This document shows positions 58,101 to 64,000 of a stretch of 64,000 nt of DNA, piece by piece; the first letter of the stretch is position 1, and each line of letters begins with the position of its first letter. The notes under the pieces were generated by a model that was given only the letters and a program-made list of their open reading frames with translations, ran no database searches and had not been told where the DNA came from. This DNA is from a virus, in the IMG/VR virus record IMGVR_UViG_3300027708_000032, positions 64,066-128,065 of that record; one strand, 5' to 3'. Made by a program: the position numbers and the translations under genes.

Positions 58101-59516
58101 ATTTTTTCCAATTAATGTTACATTATTGTATATATTTCCATATGCTGAATAATAACCTAATGATATTACATCATCACCAGTATTACTATAACCAGAACTT
58201 GTACCAATAGCAATTAAATTATCTCCTGAATTAGTATTTGCTACATTATTACCAATAGCAATTATACTATCTCCTGAATTATTAGTTGCTGCTCCATAAC
58301 CAATACCATAGCTTTGAAAACCAGAATTAGAACTTCCTGCATTAGGACCAATAAAAAGACCAATCTGTCCAGTATTATTATAACCAGCATTAGAACCAAT
58401 ACTAACTACTCCAAATCCTGAATTATTAGCTGCTGCATTATCTCCTAATGCAATAACATATTGACCTGTATTTCCTAAACCTGCTCCTGTTCCTTGAAAA
58501 TTATTTCCATTAGTAAGCTCATGATTAAAATTAAGAACTTGTTGTAATGTAGGAATAGGTATAGTAGCTGATGTAAGATAACCAGCTGGATTAGTAGATA
58601 GAGGATAGTATAAAAAATCAGCAGCTGTCTGTGTAAGATAACTTGATAAATCAGAAGTTAATGCAAATGTTCCACTCTGACTAGGATAGCTTAATACAAA
58701 ACTACCAGAACTATTTCCAATAGCAATTTCATTTGTATAATAATCAGCAGTTAAAACAGGATTAGCAAAATCTTGAAGTGTTATTACATTAGTATTAATT
58801 GAAGCAGATACACTATTTACAGTATCAAATATCTGAATACCTGGAGTAGTACCATATAGTCCTGTATTATCTAATATAATCTGACCACTTGTATTAGATA
58901 ATGTTATTGAATTAGTTGTACTAGCTCCTTGATCAGTAACTTGCTGAAGATTCTGTGACACTCCACTTATTGTAATGTTACCAAGTTTATCTGCAAAATT
59001 ACCATTTACTGATAATGTTAATATACCAGTTGCATCTGGTAAACTATATGTTCTAAAGTCTGTTAAACCAGTTGGTTGAAATAAACCATATACAACATTT
59101 GCAGGATCATTTACATTATTTATATATAATCCTGTATTATCAAGATGTACAAGTGTACGATATGCACCATCTGTAAATGAAAAACCATCTGTAGTATCTA
59201 TATTAGCATATGTTCCATTAGCACTATCATATACATAGAGACCTCCCATATATATGGGGTCTGTAGTAATATTACCTACTGTGGTTACTTCTTGTAATGT
59301 TGGAATAGTTATACTACTGGCTGCATTCCATTGTCCACCATCCCAGAAAAAAGGAGTGAGAAGATCTATATCATACACCTGATAACCTTTATCAGCTGTA
59401 GATAGTCCTCCACCTAATGTAATTCTATCAGCTGTAGTAATGTTGTGTAGCCTACTATTAAATAGTTGGTTAGCTTTTAGATCTACATCATGGAAGTATT
59501 CTTTTACTTGAGGCAT
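55119..59516 (-). CDS. Long tail fibre / receptor-binding protein, 1465 aa
   Basis: TLQEVT/NLQQVT/TLQQVL repeats, Hep/Hag-like (A/I)IG repeats, LGIGTNTP and VGIGNSNP fibre motifs, and a C-terminal TVTLPAA...YTIK...LVSDGTNW domain. Confidence 0.8.
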   Translation of the reverse strand: MPQVKEYFHDVDLKANQLFNSRLHNITTADRITLGGGLSTADKGYQVYDIDLLTPFFWDGGQWNAASSITIPTLQEVTTVGNITTDPIYMGGLYVYDSANGTYANIDTTDGFSFTDGAYRTLVHLDNTGLYINNVNDPANVVYGLFQPTGLTDFRTYSLPDATGILTLSVNGNFADKLGNITISGVSQNLQQVTDQGASTTNSITLSNTSGQIILDNTGLYGTTPGIQIFDTVNSVSASINTNVITLQDFANPVLTADYYTNEIAIGNSSGSFVLSYPSQSGTFALTSDLSSYLTQTAADFLYYPLSTNPAGYLTSATIPIPTLQQVLNFNHELTNGNNFQGTGAGLGNTGQYVIALGDNAAANNSGFGVVSIGSNAGYNNTGQIGLFIGPNAGSSNSGFQSYGIGYGAATNNSGDSIIAIGNNVANTNSGDNLIAIGTSSGYSNTGDDVISLGYYSAYGNIYNNVTLIGKNATATANDQIVFSKSTSPFTSFKTRLQQTNTSDILINIPDASGTFALSVNGQPAGTDGNITIPVGTGTVTAVTATSPLFSSGGTTPNITIQQASGSQAGYLSSTNWTTFNSKEPAITAGTTSQYWRGDKTWQTFPTIPTVGTWGTLDYPAWTTGTPFVKMDAAGSFTLDTTSYQPLLTNPITGTGSATQVAFWDTSSSIIGDNGLWWDNTNKYLGIGTNTPTYPLHVNGAGYINGDLTISSPNYLNLSYVKLGGSVNAFGLDYATFQATSTDTGTAIVVVPNGNPAGYGYDFQFIANQQKNQLLFVGDNTTQAHYIHTDAYPSGAGWPLIFGVAPAGQSWNVSSKLLVLTPTQRVGIGNSNPQVRLHVGDGGGSMGFPYEESIIERNGDTKFGVYTSVNTFGAGGSAIVLGATNITDDNGYFPGFEFQFSPAFVADDNFIRYNFIERDSAGGVAGSNQNIFNIYANGRVSFQTLAGGGTQMVVTDNNGFISTQAIPGGGGGITSLNGLSGATQTFTDDTNITIVSSGTAHAITWAGTLADSRIASASTWNGKQAALSGTGIVKSTAGTISYLTDNTTNWDTAYTDRNKWDGGATGLVAATGRTSLGLGTFAVANYPTWISGTPFVKMTAAGTFSLDTNTYLTSITSSDVTTALGYTPVTNARTLTINGTTQDLTANRTWSVGDVVGPSSATDNAIVRFDTTTGKLIQNSGATLDDDNNITANSLITGFLNTAASGTQIVLTKASVPDYVITGSGGQTFKLPDATTLAKGTSFSFNNNQTSGAITVNNNSNTLIVSIPSGAYTTVTLLDNAIAAGSWDYHDQAPSNVSWSTNTFNYGGSITSAQWNGTTIAYNRGGTGQSSPFVQGGIMYGSSTSALASTAAGTSGQVLISNGTSAPTWGTVTGFTRVVSSVNSNTAAGSTANTDYVYLVSGTTTVTLPAAAGNTNLYTIKRVGTNTVSIATTAGTIDGSASPITITRQYVSLTLVSDGTNWNII

Positions 59517-60151
59517 TATGATAAGTAGGCTTTACCAGTAACAGCTGTACTGAATGTTAATGTAATTGAGTTATTATCTATTACGGTAACAGTACCATCT
59601 ATGTTTACACCAGCACCATCTACAGCCCATACGTTAGGTACATATCCTAAGTTGTGACTGATTAACCACACTGTAGCTGGTACTATTTGATCATGTATAA
59701 ATGATGCTCCACCATTTGTACCGTAGTTGTTAGTTATACTAACTGCAGGGTTTACATTAATACGTGTAACACATCCACCAGAGTTAACTTCTATGATGTT
59801 AGTAGAAACATTTTGTGTAGCATAGTTCATACCTATAGATCTAGGTCCAGTACTACATCTCTGTATTTGGTATCTACTAACGTCACACCATGGTGGTCTG
59901 TATTCACAAGTTTCATCTGTAGTAGGGTAGTATACAGGTAACCAACCCATATGGTTGATACTAACCTGAGTGAGAGCCTCTCCATCATCATGAGCTTGGT
60001 ATTCTACTATCTGTTTACGAACTTCATCAAGCCATAGTTTTCTTTCCTTTTTACAAGACTGAATACCATACTTAATTTTACGCATCTCGTTGTACACAGA
60101 GTCTGCAAAGTTCTTATCATATTTTAGTTTATCAAATAGTAGATTTCTCAT
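59516..60151 (-). CDS. Structural protein with a C-terminal fibre-tip-like domain, 211 aa
   Basis: C-terminal VWLISHNLGYVPNV...DNNSITLTFSTAVTGKAYLS pattern common in phage fibre proteins. Confidence 0.6.
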   Translation of the reverse strand: MRNLLFDKLKYDKNFADSVYNEMRKIKYGIQSCKKERKLWLDEVRKQIVEYQAHDDGEALTQVSINHMGWLPVYYPTTDETCEYRPPWCDVSRYQIQRCSTGPRSIGMNYATQNVSTNIIEVNSGGCVTRINVNPAVSITNNYGTNGGASFIHDQIVPATVWLISHNLGYVPNVWAVDGAGVNIDGTVTVIDNNSITLTFSTAVTGKAYLS

Positions 60152-60154
60152 CTG

Positions 60155-60298
60155 TTAAGGTTTCGGATTAGCCTTACTGTTGTTTGTTAAAAACTTCTCG
60201 TAAGCTGGTAGACAACTTGAACACACTTGTTTACCATCTGATGCTGTACGTTTTTGACAACCGCATGTAATAGCTGCTTTACAATTTGGACAATTCAT
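60155..60298 (-). CDS. Small Cys-rich (Zn-binding-like) protein, 47 aa, below the ORF-track cutoff
   Basis: MNCPNCKAAITCGCQKRTASDGKQVCSSCLPAYEKFLTNNSKANPKP*. Fills the gap between neighbours and has an A-rich leader. Confidence 0.75.
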   Translation of the reverse strand: MNCPNCKAAITCGCQKRTASDGKQVCSSCLPAYEKFLTNNSKANPKP

Positions 60299-60317
60299 AG
60301 TAGTTGGTTTTATTTAT

Positions 60318-60860
60318 TTAACATTCTTCTGTAAACTTCTGTAATCTTTTTTGTGCATAGAAGAGTAGTTCTATTCCTTGATCAGGACTGTTACATTCTT
60401 CTACCTTCACTTTAGCAGCATCTATAAAAGATTTAATCATTCTAAGTTCTGCTAAATCTTCTTTTACATCTGGCTCTGGTTCACACGCTACTAGTTCTAA
60501 TTTACAAAGCTCGTGAAAATATTTATTCAAAGTTTGACAAACTCTTAAATAATAATATTCTACAAACACTTTATCATTAGGACTAACTGAATATCTAACT
60601 ACATATATACCATCAGGAATAACTTCACTAGTTGTACCACAACCAGATGTTTGTAATCCTAATGTACATGCATTAAGAATAAGATTAAATCCTGGAAGAG
60701 CATCTATAACAACAGGTTCATTAAAACCTGGTGATGTTATTTCTAACTTACCACATGTTACAGCCAAGTCTTCTGTATATATACTTGTATCAAATATTCT
60801 AAATACTTGACAGTTATTAGTTTCTGGAACTTCTAAACTTAATTGGTGTTTACTAGCCAT
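60318..60860 (-). CDS. Structural protein (possible tail hub / fibre attachment), 180 aa
   Basis: IPDGIYVVRYSV motif and position downstream of the probable auxiliary capsid gene. Function inferred from synteny only. Confidence 0.5.
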   Translation of the reverse strand: MASKHQLSLEVPETNNCQVFRIFDTSIYTEDLAVTCGKLEITSPGFNEPVVIDALPGFNLILNACTLGLQTSGCGTTSEVIPDGIYVVRYSVSPNDKVFVEYYYLRVCQTLNKYFHELCKLELVACEPEPDVKEDLAELRMIKSFIDAAKVKVEECNSPDQGIELLFYAQKRLQKFTEEC

Positions 60861-60902
60861 TGTATAAACTTTATAGATTTAGGGAAATATTATACACACC
60901 CC

Positions 60903-60934
60903 CTTAATAATAATATACCATATTTTACAGACTT
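60903..60934 (-). promoter_or_regulatory. Candidate phage late promoter just downstream of the terminator
   Basis: Minus strand AAGTCTGTAAAATATGGTATATTATTATTAAG. Confidence 0.5.
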
Positions 60935-60938
60935 TTCC

Positions 60939-60975
60939 AAAATAAAAAAGAGGGAGACTTTTTACATCTCCCTCT
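60939..60975 (-). terminator. Rho-independent terminator after the 401-aa gene
   Basis: Perfect 9-bp inverted repeat AGAGGGAGA (60949-60957) / TCTCCCTCT (60967-60975), followed on the minus strand by a U tract. Confidence 0.85.
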
Positions 60976-60996
60976 AATTATATAAGAAACTATAGA

Positions 60997-62202
60997 TTAG
61001 TAAGTTTCTAAAGCAATAGCATTAGTACCTTGAGCTAAATTAGCTGCAGCTACTACGAAGTTAGTTATTGCTGTAGTAGTATCTCCTGCTTCTACCCAAA
61101 TTTTTAACAAATACTGATCATTGTCAAATGTACCACTAGGGTTGTTAAAACGAGGAACATTATGCAAGATTAACACTTGATCATAGTAACCATTTCTGTC
61201 AATGTTAGCCAAACCTGGATTTTGCTCAATCTCTCTCATCCTTAATGATTCTACTCTAGAACTATCAGGATAAGCTTCTTGTCTGTAACGACCATCTAAG
61301 ATCATTTCACGAAGAACAGTTTCACCAACACCTTGAGCTTGAACAGGAGGTTGATTTTCTGTTTCAACAAAACACTGAACATTACAAGGATTACCAGTTT
61401 CATCTGTCATAGATGTATAAATACGAATTGGTTCCAAGTCATATTTATCTGTAGGAGTGAAAGTACAGATACCAAATTTAGTATCCAAGTAAGCCACTTC
61501 CATAATAAGACAAGATTGATCAGTTGCAGCAGTTCCTGATGTAGGATCAAAAGTAGAAACATAAGCATCCAAATCAGCTATAAAAGTAGCAATATCAGCT
61601 TGTGATGTAGAAGCTTGAGAAGCTACTTCAACACCATCCCAGTCATTAACAGTAAGTTTCAAGAACTGACTAGTAATAGGATTTTGTACAATTTGCTTAG
61701 CCCAAAGGATAGTTACAATTGTAGGATCTACAATAGTTTGAACATCTGGATCTGCACAACATCCTGTGTAAGCATCTAATGTACGGTAGATGTTATGAGA
61801 CAAGAAACGTAAAGCAGGTGAACCTTTAAGATCAATACGTAATCTATAAGTGTCATTACACTTTAAGTTACATACACAAACTTGTTTAATTTGGTTTGCA
61901 GCTGTTACAGAATTAATCTTGATTACACGACTAATGTAAGCAGGATTAATAGCTTTAGACTTTACTGACTCTTGGTAACCACCATGAAATGGACCAATTT
62001 TGTCACTAGTTGTTTTAAACCAAGAACCTTGAGCCAAGATAAATGGAGTGGCAGCTGTAGCAGATGCAATAGCAGCAGAAGTTTTAGGATTAAAGAAACC
62101 AAGTTGCCCTGCTGTAAGATCAGCAGTAGTACCTGTAGTTCTTAACGTAATGTTTCCAGCAACGGGTAAAAACGTTTTCTGGAAGGCGTGATTAAAATAC
62201 AT
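60997..62202 (-). CDS. Abundant virion structural protein, probably auxiliary capsid protein, 401 aa
   Basis: Has its own upstream promoter-like motif and a strong terminator. TADLTAGQLGFF N-terminus; position after a ring gene as in crAss-like capsid modules. Confidence 0.55.
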   Translation of the reverse strand: MYFNHAFQKTFLPVAGNITLRTTGTTADLTAGQLGFFNPKTSAAIASATAATPFILAQGSWFKTTSDKIGPFHGGYQESVKSKAINPAYISRVIKINSVTAANQIKQVCVCNLKCNDTYRLRIDLKGSPALRFLSHNIYRTLDAYTGCCADPDVQTIVDPTIVTILWAKQIVQNPITSQFLKLTVNDWDGVEVASQASTSQADIATFIADLDAYVSTFDPTSGTAATDQSCLIMEVAYLDTKFGICTFTPTDKYDLEPIRIYTSMTDETGNPCNVQCFVETENQPPVQAQGVGETVLREMILDGRYRQEAYPDSSRVESLRMREIEQNPGLANIDRNGYYDQVLILHNVPRFNNPSGTFDNDQYLLKIWVEAGDTTTAITNFVVAAANLAQGTNAIALETY

Positions 62203-62247
62203 AGTAAATAGAATTTAGGGGTTTATAAATAAATAAAAAAATTTGTT

Positions 62248-62275
62248 CTATAATATAATATACAAAATTATTTCA
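62248..62275 (-). promoter_or_regulatory. Candidate phage late promoter upstream of the 401-aa structural gene
   Basis: Minus strand GAAATAATTTTGTATATTATATTATAG. Confidence 0.5.
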
Positions 62276-62729
62276 AAAATAACAATTTATATTTTGTAGA
62301 GTCTATAAGACTCTTCACTTCATCTAACTGATTAACAATCTCACTATGAGGCATAATAGATTGTAAAGCTGCAGTCTTTTCTTTTAACTTTCTAAGATAG
62401 TCAATAGTTTCTTCTACTGAATTTAATTCAACAGGAGCTGTATTAGGCATTTCTAAAAGCTTTTCTTCAGCACCTTGGAATTGTTCTACCACTGAATCAG
62501 CGTGATCACCAATCTCATCATAAAATTCATTAAGAGCTTTATGAGCTGCAAATGAACCTAAACCTGTTACCTTAAGATGAATCTTATGAATAGTAGTTAC
62601 AGAGTTTAGTAAGTCTTGTGCTAAAGCTGCTGTTTGTAAGCACACTGCACAAGTTTCAGCTTGAGGCATCATAGCAGACATGCTTGCAGTACTAACTGAA
62701 AAAATTCCTGGTTTTTGTAAAGATCTCAT
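62268..62729 (-). CDS. Dps/ferritin-like four-helix-bundle protein, 153 aa
   Basis: HKIHLKVTG...FAAHKALNEFYDEIGDHADSVVEQ matches the Dps pattern H-W-x-V-x-G...F-x-x-H...D-x-x-x-E. Confidence 0.75.
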   Translation of the reverse strand: MRSLQKPGIFSVSTASMSAMMPQAETCAVCLQTAALAQDLLNSVTTIHKIHLKVTGLGSFAAHKALNEFYDEIGDHADSVVEQFQGAEEKLLEMPNTAPVELNSVEETIDYLRKLKEKTAALQSIMPHSEIVNQLDEVKSLIDSTKYKLLFLK

Positions 62730-62734
62730 ATTAT

Positions 62735-63433
62735 TTAACTATTTGATTGTACGTTTTGTTGTTCTCTCTGATACTGAGTGACAGACTCTATATCTCCTGC
62801 TAAAATACTAACAGCTTCATCCACTATAATCTCAGCTATGTCATCATTAAACTCACACTCTTGGTCTGCACCAAATGTTATACCAGTTGCAATGTTTATA
62901 CAATCTTTAAACTGAACTTCTAAAGGCTTTCTAAAATATATAAGATGACATTCTGAAATATCAAACTTATTATCTGTATATACCTTAAGTGTATTGTTCA
63001 TTAATGTAGCCACTGTCTCAGCCCACTCAAAGTTTGGCTGCTTATCTTTATTATCTAATATAACAGATATGTTAGCTTCTTCTACTTCGTACACCATCAT
63101 CCTGCGTGCAGGACAACATTCTTTTTGAGCAAATACATCTGTACGTACATAGTGAAGATAGTTATCTGGTAAAGGGGATTGGTAGAAAATACCCTTCTGT
63201 GTCATCTGTAATAGTTCGTGTTTCATTAATCTCTGAAGATCGTCCACCAAACCACTACTTTGCTCAGCTCCCTCTTTACGAATATTAATACCATACATTT
63301 GTCTTCTAGTCCATGAAAGTTGTGCTTTATTAAAAGCTTCTGCTATCTGCCAACACTCTAAGTTATCATAGTCAAAAGAAGCTAGTTTATTAAGCCTCTG
63401 TTTAACTTTTATTTGTAATAGATTATTGTTCAT
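62735..63433 (-). CDS. Head-tail ring/adaptor protein, 232 aa
   Basis: RLNKLAS...IAEAFNKAQ...LPDNYL...YFRKP...EIIVDEAV pattern of crAss-like ring proteins near the capsid gene. Confidence 0.65.
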   Translation of the reverse strand: MNNNLLQIKVKQRLNKLASFDYDNLECWQIAEAFNKAQLSWTRRQMYGINIRKEGAEQSSGLVDDLQRLMKHELLQMTQKGIFYQSPLPDNYLHYVRTDVFAQKECCPARRMMVYEVEEANISVILDNKDKQPNFEWAETVATLMNNTLKVYTDNKFDISECHLIYFRKPLEVQFKDCINIATGITFGADQECEFNDDIAEIIVDEAVSILAGDIESVTQYQREQQNVQSNS

Positions 63434-63434
63434 A

Positions 63435-63683
63435 TTAGCATTTCCATTTTCTTAGTGACTTGTTAATCCTGCTGTTAGGATCTCTAGCTGTCTTGGCAGA
63501 TGTAAGTTTAGCTTTCATACCCGACATCCTAGCACAGAATGACTTTTTTCTAGACCCACCTTCTGGCTGAGGAGCTTTTAAATTAGCACCATGAGCTTTG
63601 TTATAAGAAGCTCTACCTTTAGCATTTAATCCTCCACTAGGATTCTTGCCTTCTTTACGCTGCCATGCTGGACTCTTTGCCAT
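63435..63683 (-). CDS. Small basic conserved phage protein (DUF6321-like), 82 aa
   Basis: WQRKEGKNPSGGLNAKGRASY...SFCARM...SLRKWKC. Confidence 0.7.
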   Translation of the reverse strand: MAKSPAWQRKEGKNPSGGLNAKGRASYNKAHGANLKAPQPEGGSRKKSFCARMSGMKAKLTSAKTARDPNSRINKSLRKWKC

Positions 63684-63686
63684 AGT

Positions 63687-63989
63687 TTAGCATTTTTTAG
63701 ATTTCATAGATCCACCCATTTTCATTTTAACAGATCCACCTTTTTTCATTTTAGCACCTGCTATTCTATCAGCTGCTGTAGGTTTTGGATTATTATCTAC
63801 TCCTGCTTTTACAGAAAGCATACCAAATGAAGTAGAACCACCTTTTTTCATATATCCCATTTTTTTAGCAGCTTTTTTATCAGCAGCCATATCTTTTTTA
63901 GAACCTTCTTTACTATGAGATCCTTTAGCATCCATTTTTTTATCATAAGAAGATTTCTCATAAGCAGCCATTCCCATTTTCTTTTTCAT
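63687..63989 (-). CDS. Lys/Met-rich basic low-complexity protein, 100 aa
   Basis: Very high Lys content with MKKGGS twice and MKMGGS. Confidence 0.65.
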   Translation of the reverse strand: MKKKMGMAAYEKSSYDKKMDAKGSHSKEGSKKDMAADKKAAKKMGYMKKGGSTSFGMLSVKAGVDNNPKPTAADRIAGAKMKKGGSVKMKMGGSMKSKKC

Positions 63990-64000
63990 GTTATTTATTT

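Noticed and set aside
60997-62202. Calling the 401-aa protein the major capsid protein
   Set aside because: No HK97-fold motif was recognised, and synteny suggests the major capsid gene lies further upstream, outside the window.
1-64000. Stop-codon reassignment (TAG or TGA) as seen in some crAss-like phages
   Set aside because: Genes up to 16 kb are uninterrupted in the standard code and coding density is near complete. The genes I checked end in TAA, so recoding is neither required nor testable here.
1-64000. tRNA/rRNA genes, integrase, transposase, or reverse transcriptase/DGR elements
   Set aside because: Intergenic gaps are short and AT-rich with no cloverleaf. No RT, integrase or transposase motifs, and no template/variable repeat pair, were noticed.

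Overview
AT-rich segment of a large Bacteroidota-type dsDNA phage genome (crAss-like/Crassvirales-related podovirus organisation). All credible genes lie on the minus strand, read in the standard code and end in TAA, often with TAATG stop/start coupling. In the direction of transcription (right to left) the window holds: small basic proteins; a head-tail ring protein; a Dps/ferritin-like protein; a probable auxiliary capsid protein; fibre proteins; a block of Cys-rich and poly-Thr/Ser (mucin-like) proteins followed directly by three glycosyltransferases and a methyltransferase; a metallophosphoesterase; an HU/IHF-like protein; ring proteins with an inserted HNH nuclease; a tail nozzle/muzzle; several ejected cargo proteins punctuated by xxGG motifs; a 5424-aa virion RNA polymerase (DFDID motif); and the first ~1054 codons of another giant protein with a PD-(D/E)xK nuclease domain. 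The most striking candidate system is an apparent phage-encoded mucin-like protein O-glycosylation operon (about 41.6-53.3 kb). All family assignments come from motif recognition by eye; no database searches were run.
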